Positions 1-12,016 of a stretch of DNA of 64,000 bases are shown in pieces (the first letter of the stretch is position 1; each line of letters begins with the position of its first letter). Location of the stretch: positions 7,260,338-7,324,337 of the forward strand of contig NC_083444.1 in assembly GCF_020745735.1 (NCBI RefSeq), written 5' to 3'. The DNA is from Hemiscyllium ocellatum (lineage: Eukaryota). The position numbers were made by a program, and so were the translations under genes. The notes under the pieces were generated by a model. It worked only from the letters and a program-made list of their open reading frames with translations, ran no database searches and had not been told where the DNA came from.

Positions 1-490
1 ATAGTAACACCCCACAAACACACGCCTTTGGCAAAAAGCAAATTTTAAAAATTGATTATCTCAAATGTAACTCCAGAAGCCCAGGAGGGAAAAAAATGAG
101 AAAACCCAGAAAGTGTCTAGCAGAGAGAGAGGAACTGACTCAGCAACATCCCAAAAAACAAAAAATTCAGGTCCTGCAGAAATGTGACCACACCCGGCCA
201 GGCTGCTTCTATTGTTGCAACTTTTTAAAAAAAAAACCAAGGCATCAGAGTTTACTTTACAAGTTTGCAGTAGACATCTTGGTCTTCAAACTTTCCTTTA
301 AAGAGAAACAGGACAAAACAGACACTTCACGTTGTGCAATCATTACATAATCAAGATGGGCAGACGCTGCAAATTGAAAACAAAAGCACAGAAAGGGCTG
401 GGAAAAGGCAGCAGGGTCTGGCAACATTGGAGGGGACAGGGCATGTGAGAGTGAGCACAAAGGCGGAGCCAACACTTCTTTGCAGCTTAC

Positions 491-640
491 CTCAGGCTTC
501 AGTGCCAAGAGAGCAGTCACAATGGCTGGAACGTGGTTCATGGCCACTTCCCGGGCCAGCTCCAGGAGCTGGGAGGAGTATTTCAGCAGGTCATGGAGCA
601 CCCAGATGGCCAGCTCCGTCGTCGTCTGGGGGTCCTGGGA
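491..640 (-). CDS. PELP1: PELP1 coding exon 4 (150 nt); the gene continues beyond the left edge
   Basis: ctcactgcag|TCCCAG...CCTGAG|gtaagc; SQDPQTTTELAIWVLHDLLKYSSQLLELAREVAMNHVPAIVTALLALKPE versus human TQDPPATMELAVAVLRDLLRYAAQL...MNHLPGLLTSLLGLRPE. Confidence 0.95.
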
Positions 641-768
641 CTGCAGTGAGGCAAGGAGAGCGAAAGGAAAAGAGAGACAGGTCAGTCACAGCCCGCTCAC
701 CGGGAACCTCCTTCCCTCAAAAGAGGAGGGTGGGGAGAGGGCGACGAAGGAACGTGGTTTGGGCTCAC

Positions 769-874
769 CTGGATAATGTGCTGCACAGCTCGGAGCCAGG
801 AGATGCACTGATCCTGGAAGGTATCCGTGGGACTGTCAGCCACCAGCACGGCCAGCAAGCAAACTCCTTCGAAC
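769..874 (-). CDS. PELP1: PELP1 coding exon 3 (106 nt)
   Basis: cgacag|GTTCGAA...ATCCAG|gtgagc; [36 protein letters not shown] versus human [36 protein letters not shown]. Confidence 0.95.
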
Positions 875-1390
875 CTGTCGGGGAAGGAGAAGCAGATGGA
901 GATGGCAGAGGGGTTCTTTAGCAAGGGCTCAACTCAACCAGCTTCCAAAGCACCCCGTCTAACCTCGCAACCCTAGGACAGAGAGAGAGCATGGGGGTGG
1001 TGACAATAACACGTGATGACTTGCGGCACTGCCCAGGAGCAATTCGTGCAGAACATTCGGCCCCTCAATTCCACAAGACAGGGGTTGTTTGGAGTGTTTC
1101 CTTCCAGAAACCTGACTCCCTTCTCTCGAGAATCTCTCCCACGCAGCCCAGGGCATTTCATTTTCAAATTATTTGCCTGTGGGGCTCGGGTGTTTGGTTC
1201 CCAGTAGAGGTGGCGCAGCATTTACTGCCCGTCTGTGCCTTGGGAAGGTGGTGGTGAGCTGCACCCTCTGGAACCACTGCAGCCCCATGTCTAACAAAGG
1301 AGAGGCCTTTCGGCCCACCATCAAGTTACACAGCACCCCCTCCCCCACCCACCAGTAAAACAGGAGTGGGGAGGCGGGGGGGGGTCTCAC

Positions 1391-1455
1391 CTGCTTTTGA
1401 CCGACCGGAGACTGGAGTTGCAGATACTGATCAAGCCGCTCAGATCCGATGAATT
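1391..1455 (-). CDS. PELP1: PELP1 coding exon 2 (65 nt)
   Basis: ttttcttccatag|AATTCA...AAAAGCAG|gtgaga; NSSDLSGLISICNSSLRSVKSR versus human NLSALGALVSLSNARLSSIKTR. Confidence 0.92.
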
Positions 1456-1689
1456 CTATGGAAGAAAACGCAGGAGGTTAAGGCGGCAGGAGTTACAGGG
1501 GACAGGGCCTGAGGTGAAAGGTTCTGGGTGAACTGAGCGATTTACCCACAGCCGCAGACACCACGTGAGGGGGGAGGAGGAGGAGGAAAGCAAGGAAAGC
1601 AGAGTCTCTGCTGAACATGCACTGGAGTGAGACAAGGGAGGGGGAATATAGGAGAGGAGTGGAAAACTGAAGGGGGGGAACTTGGAGAT

Positions 1690-1950
1690 AACAGAGGAAA
1701 AGGGGGAGGAAGAGGGACTGGGGGGAAAGAGAAGGGCTGGGGGAAATGGGGGGAGGGAGAGAGAAGGGGAGGGAGGGAGGGGGGGGGGAGGGAGGGAGGG
1801 GGGGGGGGGAGGGAGGGGGGGGGGAGGGAGGGGGGAGGGAGAGGGGGGTGAGGGAGAGGGGGGTGAGGGGGGGAGGGAGAGGGGGGGGGGGGGGGGAGGG
1901 GGGTGAGGGGGGGAGGGGGAGGGGGGTGAGGGGGGGAGGGGGAGGGGGGT
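1690..1950. repeat. G/A-rich low-complexity polypurine tract in PELP1 intron 1 (G-quadruplex/triplex-prone)
   Basis: Runs of G4-G15 separated by single A or T bases. Confidence 0.9.
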
Positions 1951-1993
1951 GTGTGGAGTGTAGAAGCCTCTCTCGGCCTCCCACTTGCTGTAC

Positions 1994-2146
1994 CTCGGCC
2001 TGCAGAAGCCGCTGCGCCCTGAGCTGCTGCACAATTTCGGCGAGGTGCTGCGGGCCTGGCTCCAGGCCACCCTCCCGTTCTCTCTCCCCTTGGGCCGGTT
2101 GCCGGAGCAGGCCGGTCACCGTGTCCAGCAGCAGCGACGCCGCCAT
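1994..2146 (-). CDS. PELP1: PELP1 (proline-, glutamate- and leucine-rich protein 1; Rix1 homolog), coding exon 1
   Basis: ATG at 2146; MAASLLLDTVTGLLRQP...HLAEIVQQLRAQ resembles human PELP1 LLLESVSGLLQP...HLPGLMCLLRL. Donor GAG|GTACAG is phase 0; an alternative donor CAA|GTGGGA at 1985 is also phase 0. Confidence 0.85.
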
Positions 2147-2420
2147 ACTGGAGACCGACCAATCGTCTGCCTTGCGTCACCAACCAGCGACCAAAGCGGG
2201 CACTCCGTCATCAGAGAGCGCCGCAGAACAGCTCTCTGTGCCTCGCATTGACGTCACCCGCGCAGTGCCGCACTGTGACGTCATCTTACTAGGGACACCA
2301 CATTGTGACGTGACGTCATTAACCATCGATGCACCAAACAGTTTAGCCACTCGCAACACCGCACACTGACGTCACGCCAATCGCCGTTCCGTGCTGTGAC
2401 GTCACCCCATGACATCACAC
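2147..2420 (-). promoter_or_regulatory. PELP1 CpG-rich promoter/5' region with five perfect CRE palindromes (TGACGTCA)
   Basis: TGACGTCA at 2249, 2276, 2311, 2367 and 2397; half-site TGCGTCA near 2173; CCAAT near 2159; CpG-rich. Confidence 0.75.
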
Positions 2421-2459
2421 CTGCTAACCCTGCGCACACGCATTCCAATGACATCATCC

Positions 2460-4990
2460 CTGCTCGCCCTGTCCCGCAGTGACATCACCCCCACTCACCG
2501 TGCCCAACAGTGACATCACCCCCACTCGCCAAGACCCACAGTGACATCACACCCACTCACCGTGCCCAACAGTGACATCACACCCACTCGCCGTGCCCCA
2601 CAGTGACATCACCCCCACTCGCCGTGCCCCACTGTGACATCACCCCCACTCGCCAGGCCCCATAGTGACATCACCCTCACTCACCGTGCCCCACAGTGAC
2701 ATCACCCCCACTCACTGTGCCCCATAGTGACATCATCCACACTCGCCCTGCCCCACAGTGACATCACACCCACTCGCCGTGCCCAACAGTGACATCACCC
2801 CACTCGCCAAGACCCACAGTGACACCACCCCCACTCACCGTGCCCCACAGTGACATCACCCCCACTCACCGTGCCCAACAGTGACACCACCCCCACTCGC
2901 CAAGACCCACAGTGACACCACCCCCACTCACCGTGCCCAACAGTGACACCACCCCCACTCGCCAAGACCCACAGTGACACCACCCCCACTCACCGTGCCC
3001 AAAAGTGACATCACCCCCACTCGCCAAGACCCACAGTGACACCACCCCCACTCACCGTGCCCAACAGTGACATCACCCCCACTCGCCGTGCCCCACAGTG
3101 ACATCACCCTCACTCGCCGTGCCCCACAGCGACATCACCCCCACTCGCCGTGCCCCACAGTGACATCACCCTCACTCGCCGTGCCCCACAGTGACATCAC
3201 CCCCCTCTTGCCGTGTCCCACTGTGACATCTCCCCCACTCGCCATGCCCCACAGCGACATCACCCCCATTCGCCGTGACCCTCAGTGACATCTCGTCCAC
3301 TCGCCATGCCCCACAGCGACATCACCCCCATTCGCCGTGACCCTCAGTGACATCTCCTCCACTCGCCAGGCCCCACTGTGACATCTCCCCCATTCGCCGT
3401 GCCCCACAGTGACATCACCCCCACTCGCCGTGCCCCACAGTGACACCACCCCCACTCGCCGTGCCCCACAGCGACATCACCCCCATTCACCGTGCCCCAC
3501 AGTGACACCACCCCCACTCGCCGTGCCCCACAGCGACATCACCCCCATTCACCGTGCCCCACAGTGACATCACCCCCACTCGCCGTGCCCCACAGCGACA
3601 TCACCCCCACTCGCCGTGCCCCACAGTGACATCACCCCCACTCGCCAGGCCCCACAGTGACATCACCCCCACTCGCCATGCCCCACAGTGACATCACCCC
3701 CTCTCGCCATGCTCCACAGTGACATCACCCCCACTCGCCAGGCCCCACAGTGACATCACCCCCACTCGCCATGCCCCACAGTGACATCACCCCCACTCGC
3801 CATGCCACACAGTGACATCACCCCCACTCGCCATGCTCCACAGTGACATCACCCCCACTCACCGTGTCCCACTGTGACATCACCCCCACTCACCGTGCCC
3901 CACTGTGACATCACCCCCACTCGCCGTGCCCCACTGTGACATCTCCCCCCATTCGCCATGCCCCACAGCGACATCACCCCCATTCACTTTGCCCCACAGT
4001 GACACTACCCCCACTCGCCGTGCCCCACAGCAACATCACCCCCATTCACTTTGCCCCACAGTGACACTACCCCCACTCGCCGTGCTCCACAGTGACATCA
4101 CCCCCACTCGCCATGCTCCACAGTGACATCACCCCCCTCTCGCCGTGCCCCACAGTGACATCACCCCCACTCGCCATGCCACACAGTGACATCACCCCCA
4201 CTCGCCATGCTCCACAGTGACATCACCCCCACTCACCGTGTCCCACTGTGACATCACCCCCACTCACCGTGCCCCACTGTGACATCACCCCCACTCGCCG
4301 TGCCCCACTGTGACATCTCCCCCCATTCGCCATGCCCCACAGCGACATCACCCCCATTCACTTTGCCCCACAGTGACACTACCCCCACTCGCCGTGCCCC
4401 ACAGCAACATCACCCCCATTCACTTTGCCCCACAGTGACACTACCCCCACTCGCCGTGCTCCACAGTGACATCACCCCCACTCGCCATGCTCCACAGTGA
4501 CATCACCCCCACTCGCCGTGCCCCACAGTGACATCACCCCCACTCGCCGTGCCCCACTGTGACATCTCCCCCATTCGCCATGCCCCACAGCGACATCACC
4601 CCTATTCACTTTGCCCCACAGTGACACTACCCCCATTCGCCGTGCCCCACGGTGACATCACCCACACTCTCTATGCCCCATAGTGACATCACCCCCACTC
4701 GCCATGCTCCACAGTGACATCACCCCCACTCGCCGTGCCCCATAGTGACATCACCCCCACTCGCCATGCCCCACGGTGAGATCACCCTCACTCGCTGTGC
4801 CCACTGTGACATCACCCCCACTCACCGTGCCCCACAGCGACATCACCCCCATTCACCGTGCCCCACAGTGACATCACTCCCACTCGCCATGCCCCACAGC
4901 GACATCACCCCCACTCGCCATGCCCCACGGTGAGATCACCCTCACTCGCTGTGCCCCACAGTGACATCACCCCCACTCACCGTGACCCGC
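2460..4990. repeat. ~31-bp minisatellite (CAGTGACATCACCCCCACTCGCCGTGCCCCA)n, about 80 copies
   Basis: Visible tandem periodicity of 30-31 bp, with internal higher-order duplication (3905-4126 equals 4279-4500). Confidence 0.97.
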
Positions 4991-5059
4991 AGTTATGTCT
5001 CCAGCCCCAGCACATTTTGGGCTGTAGATCCCCATCACTGTTCTCACCTTTTTGTTTAT

Positions 5060-5305
5060 AGAGTCATAGAGATATACAGTATGGAAACAGACCCTTCGGT
5101 CCAACTTGTCCATGCCAACCAGATATTCTTTTAAATGTTGCAATTGTATCAGTCTCCACCATTTCCTCTGGCAGCTAGTTCCATACACGCACTACCCTCT
5201 GTGTGAAAACGTTACCCCTTAGTTCCTTTTTAAATCTTTCCCTTCTCACCCCAAACATACGCCCTCTAGTTCTGGACTCCACCTATGACAAGAAAAGACC
5301 TTGTC
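5060..5305 (-). mobile_element. CR1/HER1 LINE 3' fragment
   Basis: Typical HER1 3' end in reverse (ccatacacgcactaccctctgtgtgaaaac...acccttcggtccaac) with (AGAGTCAT)-type tail. Confidence 0.8.
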
Positions 5306-5779
5306 TACTGGGAGGCCATTCAGGGCTGTTCCAGCATTGAGGTAGAACGTGGCTGGTTTGAATTTCAACTCCTGCTTGGTTCCCTGAGTCTTAATTGGCA
5401 GAGGGTCAAAGATGTGAGAATGTACCCCTCCTGAGGGCACCTGGATCTCAGGGACAAAGTTTAAAAATATTGTGTCCCATTTAAAACAGAGGTCACAGAC
5501 TTATAGAGCATTGAATCAGACCCTTTGACCCAACCAGTCCATGCCAACCATAATCCCAAACTCCGTGAGTCGCACCTGCCTGGACTTGGCCCATATCCCT
5601 CTAAACCTTTTTTATTCATGTACCTATGCAAATATCTATTAAATGTTATAACTGTAAGTGCCAAAAGCAAAACACGTTGAAATTAAAAGTGAACTTAACT
5701 ATCATACCGAGGGCCCATAGCATGCCCATCACAGCTCTCACATTTTGACTCTCATCCCTTCTCTCCCCTCGAAACAGCC

Positions 5780-6085
5780 TCTGGTCTTCCCATACCTTAC
5801 TCCACATCCAGAGGATCATTAGCTGCCATTTTCCCCACTTCCACCAAATATTCCCCTCTCGTCCCTTGACAGCCTTCCTCAAGGACCGTTCTCTCTAGTC
5901 CATTCCTCCTTCACTCCCAACGTGACTCCAAACCCCCCACGGCATCTTCCCATGCCATCGCAGAAGCTGTAACTCCTGCCCATTTACCTCCTCCCTCCTC
6001 ATTATCCAAGACTCCAGCCACACCTTGCAGGTGAAGCAGCGATTTGCCCACACTTCACACAATCTAGTCTACTGTATTCACTGTA
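5780..6085 (+). mobile_element. Penelope-like element fragment (degenerate GIY-YIG region)
   Basis: QVKQRFAHTSHNLVYCIHC; homologous to the better-preserved copy at 46454-47345. Confidence 0.7.
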
Positions 6086-6396
6086 TTGAGATTTTCCTCC
6101 TCAAAGAACCCAGAAAGGTTTTCACAACAGTTGATAGCGTCATAGTCATCATGATTTGGACCATCCCGAAGTTCCAAGTTTATTCCTTCAATTTATATTC
6201 CACTGCTGTGGGAGATTACTTGAACTCTGTTCCCAGAACCTTAACCTTTAATTTTATTCCTTATCTTCATTCAGCCCTGATAATCCTCCATTCCCCTGCC
6301 TAACAGGAATGGATAGAGAGAGTCAGAGGTTGGGAATACAGTACTGCAATTAGTAACTCACCTCCCGACTCCCTAAGGCTAGTCCACTGGAGAGAT

Positions 6397-6600
6397 TGTA
6401 ACAAGGTGAACGGCAAATAAGTTCCCTGATTGAGGCTGTTAATCTGGTCCAGTCAGGGAGTCCTGGCTGATAGATATAATCAGGAGTGTCAGAGGTTCTG
6501 CTCACTCAGAGAGCTGGCTCTGAGGGAGCTGGGTCAGTGTCAAGATTCTCTCTGCGTAAATGAAAGGTGACTTGGTAACAGGATACTGGCCTCTATGGAG
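6397..6600 (+). mobile_element. Short solo-LTR-like repeat (empty allele of the Tx1 target)
   Basis: Homologous to 28664-28780 plus 33566-33858 and to 44770-44985; carries gatatataatcaggagtgtcagagg uninterrupted. Confidence 0.65.
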
Positions 6601-7435
6601 CTAAATGTTCCAATTGTACCAGCCTCCACCACATTCTCTGGCAGCTCATTCCATATACACACCACCCTCTGCGTGAAAAAGTTGCCCCTTAAGTCCCTTT
6701 TAAATCTTTCCCTTCTCACCCTAAACTTACGCCCTCTAGTTCTGGACTCCCCCAACCCCAAGAAAAGGCAGTCAATTAGGAGGGCATTCAGCCTCCCCAG
6801 GTTGTTCCATCATTCAAGGAGAACGAGGGTAGTGCATGGGGGTGTAGGGTTTGCACATTCTCCCTGTGTTTGTGTGGTGGTTTCCTCCCACAGTCCAAAG
6901 ATGTGCAGGTTAGTGTGAATTGGCCATGCTAAATTGCCCATAGTGTTCAGGAATATGTAGGTTGGGTGCATTAGTCAGGGGCAAATGTAGAGTAATTCGG
7001 CTGTGGGAATGTGTCTGGGTGGGTTACTCTTTGGAGGGTTGGTGTGGACTTGTTGGGCCAAATGGCTATTTCCATGGTGTAGGGATTCTCTCTTGTAATG
7101 ATGACTTTACCTTGATTAGATTACTTACAGTGTGGAAACAGGCCCTTCGGCCCAACAAGTCCACATCGACTCACCGAAGCGCAAACCATCCAGACCCATT
7201 CCCCTACATCTGTCTGTAAGACAGAGAGCGATAGGTTCATGATTAGTCATGGGAATCAAGGATTATTGGGGGGGGGAAAGGAGTTGAGAAACATATCAGC
7301 CATGATCAAATGGCTGAGCAGATTCAACGGGCCGAATGGCCTCATTCTGCTCCTTTATCTTATGGTCCAACAGTTACTTAAGGTGAGGATAATTAACTTA
7401 TGCAGCCTATTCTCACGAATTTTTTTTAAAAAAAT

Positions 7436-7885
7436 CATTTTGTGGGATGTGGGCATCGCCGGCTGGGCCCAGCATCTATTGCCCTATCCCTAGTTGCCCC
7501 CTTGAGAAGGTGGGGGGTGAGCTGCCTTCTTGAACCGCTGCAGTCCACCTGCTGTGGGTTGACCCACAACGCCGTTAGGGAGGAATTCCAGGATTCTGAC
7601 CCAGCCACACTGGAGGAATGGCCGATTTATTTCCAAGTCAGGATGGGGAACTCGCAGGGGGTTGGTGTTCCCATGTATCTGCTGCCCCTTGCCCTTCCAG
7701 ATGGAAATAGTCATGGGTTTGGAAGGTGCTGCCTGAGGATTTTTGGTGAATTGCTGCAGTGCATCTTGTAGCTGGTCCAGACTGCTGCTACTGAGCGTCG
7801 GTGGTGGAGGGAGGGAGGGAGGGGGTGGCAATCAAGTGGGGGCTGCTTTGTCCATGGCTGGTGACGAACTTCTTGAGTGTTGTAT
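7436..7885 (-). mobile_element. 3' end of a second CR1/L2-clade LINE family
   Basis: The same sequence recurs at about 46085-46450 (+), 48575-48720 (-) and 59300-59850 (-); ends ...aagggcaactagggat...cccacatccca on its own strand. Confidence 0.65.
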
Positions 7886-8109
7886 TATTTGCCTTTATGA
7901 CTTTATGATCTTTTATGATTTTAATGTGTTAATGGTTTACCTTTACCACAGTGCAAATGATGATTAATTGTTTTAGTCACATCCCAGTCACTGTTCAGCA
8001 CCTGCCCTGAATGGCATTTCCCTTCCCCACCCCCCACCAATAAGTCTTTCTAAGTCCAACAGTTATCTTGTCACTTGCTATCTAGTGCTGATTGTACAAT
8101 GCGGTGACT

Positions 8110-8200
8110 GGTCTCCCTTATCAGAGAGTAAATAGCGATGACATTACAGAACCGGATTGGTTCCCAAAGGCTGGTCAGAGTCCACCTGTTAAGAGGGAAG
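8110..8200 (+). promoter_or_regulatory. Putative TM4SF5 proximal promoter with GATA, FOXA, CCAAT and HNF4-like DR1 sites
   Basis: CTTATC 8117-8122; AGTAAATA 8127-8134; ATTGG 8156-8160; TGGTCA-G-AGTCCA 8172-8184; all 70-140 nt upstream of the ATG. Confidence 0.5.
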
Positions 8201-8252
8201 GAGAGGTAGTCTCCGATCCTGACGAGCAGGAGGGCTCAGTCACAGTGAGACG

Positions 8253-8423
8253 ATGTGTACCGGCAAGTGTGCCCGCTGCATTGGCCTGGTCCTGCTTTCC
8301 CTGTCCTTCATTTGCATCATAGCCAACATCCTTCTCATCTTCCCCAGCGCTGAGAAGGAATGGACCGATCACATCACACTGCAGGTCTGGCTGATGGGGG
8401 GAGTGCTCGGAGGAGGGCTTATG
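8253..8423 (+). CDS. TM4SF5: TM4SF5 (transmembrane 4 L six family member 5) exon 1
   Basis: [31 protein letters not shown]...[18 protein letters not shown] versus human [14 protein letters not shown]...[18 protein letters not shown]; donor ATG|gtaagt. Confidence 0.95.
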
Positions 8424-8638
8424 GTAAGTGCATCGATTTCCACATTGTGGAATCAGACCATTCGGCCCATCCACACTGACCCTCCGAAAAGCATCCCACC
8501 TAGACCCATCCCATCCCATCTCTGTAACTTGTGTGTTCCCCATGGCCAACCCACCCTAGCCTGCATATCCCTGGACATGTCAGACAATTTAGCATGGTCA
8601 GTCCACCCTAACCTGGACATTATGGGTCAATTTCCAAT

Positions 8639-8815
8639 GGCCAATCCACCCTAACCTGCACATCTTTGGACTGTGGGAGGAAACCAGAGCACCCGGATGA
8701 AACCCACGCATAAACAGAGAAAACGTACAAGCTCCACGCAAGCGCCCGAGGGTGGAATCGAACCCGGATCCTTGGTGCTGTGAGGCAGCTGTGCTAACCA
8801 CTGAGCCACCATGCC
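8639..8815 (-). mobile_element. HE1-type SINE (left member of an inverted pair)
   Basis: tRNA-like head GGTGGCTCAGTGGTTAGCAC plus V-domain, on the minus strand. Confidence 0.88.
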
Positions 8816-8981
8816 ACCCTAGATGCTTCACCTCCGCTATCCATCCTCCATACCCTTCCCTGGGGCTTCCCATACCTGCCTGTCTTGCGGGCAGTTGTTC
8901 TTGGGATGCTGAGTATTGGTCTTGCTGATCGGCTGCAGAAGGAGGTGGCTGCTGACTCAGACTGTAAAGTAGAGGAGCAGA

Positions 8982-9320
8982 GGTGGCTCAGTGGTTAGCA
9001 CAGCTGCCTCACAGCACCAAGGATCCGGGTTCGATTCCACCCTCGGGCGCTTGCGTGGAGCTTGTACATTCTCTCTGTTTATGCGTGGGTTTCGTCCGGG
9101 TGCTCTGGTTTCCTCCCACAATCCAAAGATGTGCAGGTTAGGGTGGATTGGCCGTGCTAAATTGTCCCATAGCATCTAGGAAAGTGTAGGTCATGTGCAT
9201 TTGTCATGGGTAAATATTGGGGTAAAAGGGTAGGGGAAATAGTTCTGGGCGGGTTACTCTTCAGAAGGTTGGTGTGGACTTGTTGGGCTGAAGGGCCTGT
9301 TCCTACTCTGTAGGAATTCT
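8982..9320 (+). mobile_element. HE1-type SINE (right member of an inverted pair)
   Basis: A-box TGGCTCAGTGG, B-box GGTTCGATTCC, V-domain and HER1-derived tail. Confidence 0.9.
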
Positions 9321-12016
9321 ATGATCTACTCCATTCTAAACATGCCGCTGGCCCATCTGGTCTGCAGCTGATGTGCTTCTCCCCGCCCCCATTCTCCCCA
9401 GGGACCCCCATCCCTCTTGCTGCCCCTCCCTCACTTTCCAAAGCTAGCCACCATATTGTAATGGGGAGCAATAAATGATGGCAAAAAACATAACAAGCAG
9501 AGCGGGGATCTGAAATAAGAAAGTGCTGGAGAAACTCAGCCAGGATCTGGCAGCAATGTTTGGGGGGGAGAGAGAGAGAGAGAAAGAGAGAGCAAGAGAG
9601 AGAGATGGAGTTAATGTTTCAGACCAGATATGACTCTCGAGTTGTAGAGACATCCTGCACGGAAACAGACCCTTTGGCCCAACTCGTTCATAATCCAAAA
9701 CTAATCTAGTCCCACCTGCCTGCTCCTGGCCCATATCCCTCTCAACTTTTCTTATTCATGTTCTTGTCCAACTGTCTTTTCAATGTTGTACCTGTATCTC
9801 CCACTTCCTCTGGCAGCTCATTCCAGACACACGCCACTTTCTGTGTGAAACACTTGCTCCTTAGATCCCTTTCATATGTTTCCCCTCTCACCTGAAACCT
9901 AAGCCCTCTAGTTTTGGACTCCCTCACCCTGTGATGGGGGTAGGGAAGACCTTGGCTATTCACCCTATCCATCTTCCTCAGGGTTTCATAAACCTCTATA
10001 AAGTCACCCCCTCAGCCTCTGACGGACCAGGGAAAATAGCTCCAGTCTCTCCCCTTTGCTCAAACCCTCCAACCCCTGATGAATCTTTTCTGAATCATTC
10101 TAGGCACCCACTACCGTCTGTGTAAAAAACCTTCCCTCGCACATATCCTTTAAACATTTCCACCCCCCTCACCTCAAAACCGACATCCCCTAGTATTTGA
10201 CATGCCCACCCTAGGGATAGAGACACTGACAATCCACCCTATCCGTGCCCCTCGTAATTTTGTTTTCTTTTAGTAGACTGGCCCTCAGCCTCCAATGCTC
10301 CAGCAAAAACATCGTCATTAAGGCTGGATACTCTGTCACCCTGTTTGGCCCACTAGCGAAGGGTTGTCGCATAAGGCTGGGTTGTAGACACCTCCCCCCA
10401 CCTCTCTGAGGTGACTCCCATAAACTGTGGGTGGGGGCAGGACATTTTATTTTTATTAGAAAGTGTTGGTGTGTGCTACTTCACTTACTGCCCCAGTCCT
10501 CTGCCACCAGCCACTTCTTGATTTGATTTATGAACCCGGTAGCGTATTTTCCTCTACAGATATGACCTGCCGAGCTTCTGTAGTAATTTTTGCTTTCATT
10601 TGTCTGTTTAAGGTGTCTATAGTATTTAACGATTTGTCTTAATTTTAGTGTTTAGCTCACAGAGTCAGCTGACCTTGTTTATGTTGATAAAGACGTGGCT
10701 CATTTCTTGATCATCTGAAACCAAAATTCTGCCTGCAGGTACATCCTTTCCCACTCAAAAATAAACAATTTCACTTGCAGCCTTTGCTCAAGTTTTCAAA
10801 CTGGGATCGTAGAGTCATAGAGGTATACAGCCCTTTAGCCCATCTTGTCAATGCTGACCAGGTTTCCTGAGCTGAACTAGTCCCATTTGCCAGCACTTGG
10901 CCCATATCCAACTAAACCCTTCCTATTCATATACCCATCCAGATGCCTTTTAAATGCAATGATTGTACCAGCCTCCACCATTTCCTCTGGCAGCTCATTC
11001 CATACACGCAGTGCCCTCTCAGCGAAAAAGTTACACCTTAGGTGTCTTTTATATCTTTCCCCACTCATCCCAAACCTATGCCCTCTAGTTCTGGACTCCC
11101 CCAGACCATGGGAAAAGACCTTGGCTACTCACCTTATCTACACCCCTCATGATTTTATAAACCTCTATAAAGTCACCCCCTCAGCCTCCGATGGACCAGG
11201 GGAAATAGCTCCAGCCTCTCCCGTTTGCTCAAACCCTGCAACCCCTGGTAAATCTTTTCTGAATCATTCCAGGGACCCACCACCCTCTGTGTAAAAAAAC
11301 CTTCCCCCACACATATCCTTTAAACATTTCCCCCCTCTCACCTCAAAACCCTCATCCCCTAGTATATGACATGCCCACCCTAGGGATAGAGACACTGACA
11401 ATCCACCCTATCCGTGCCCCTCATAATTTTGTTTTCTTTTAGTAGACTGGCCCTCAGCCTCCAATGCTCCAGCAAAAACATCGTCATTAAGGCTGGATAC
11501 TCTGTCACCCTGTTTGGCCCACTAGCGAAGGGTTGTCGCATAAGGCTGGGTTGTAGACACCTCCCCCCACCTCTCTGAGGTGACTCCCATAAACTGTGGG
11601 TGGGGGCAGGACATTTTATTTTTATTAGAAAGTGTTGGTGTGTGCTACTTCACTTACTGCCCCAGTCCTCTGCCACCAGCCACTTCTTGATTTGATTTAT
11701 GAACCCGGTAGCGTATTTTCCTCTACAGATATGACCTGCCGAGCTTCTGTAGTAAGTTTTGCTTTCATTTGTCTGTTTAAGGTGTCTATAGTATTTAACG
11801 ATTTGTCTTAATTTTAGTGTTTAGCTCACAGAGTCAGCTGACCTTGTTTATGTTGATAAAGACGTGGCTCATTTCTTGATCATCTGAAACCAAAATTCTG
11901 CCTGCAGGTACATCCTTTCCCACTCAAAAATAAACAATTTCACTTGCAGCCTTTGCTCAAGTTTTCAAACCGGGATCATAGAGTCATAGAGGTATACAGC
12001 CCTTCAGCCCATCTTG

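Noticed and set aside
2460-4990. CRISPR-like regular repeat arrays (also 36330-37650 and 58385-58850)
   Set aside because: Head-to-tail tandem units with no unique spacers, no cas genes, and a vertebrate context.
8424-8654. ORF read-through beyond TM4SF5 exon 1 (similarly past 24032, 58063 and 62176)
   Set aside because: Homology stops at consensus GT donors; the extensions are intronic or SINE sequence.
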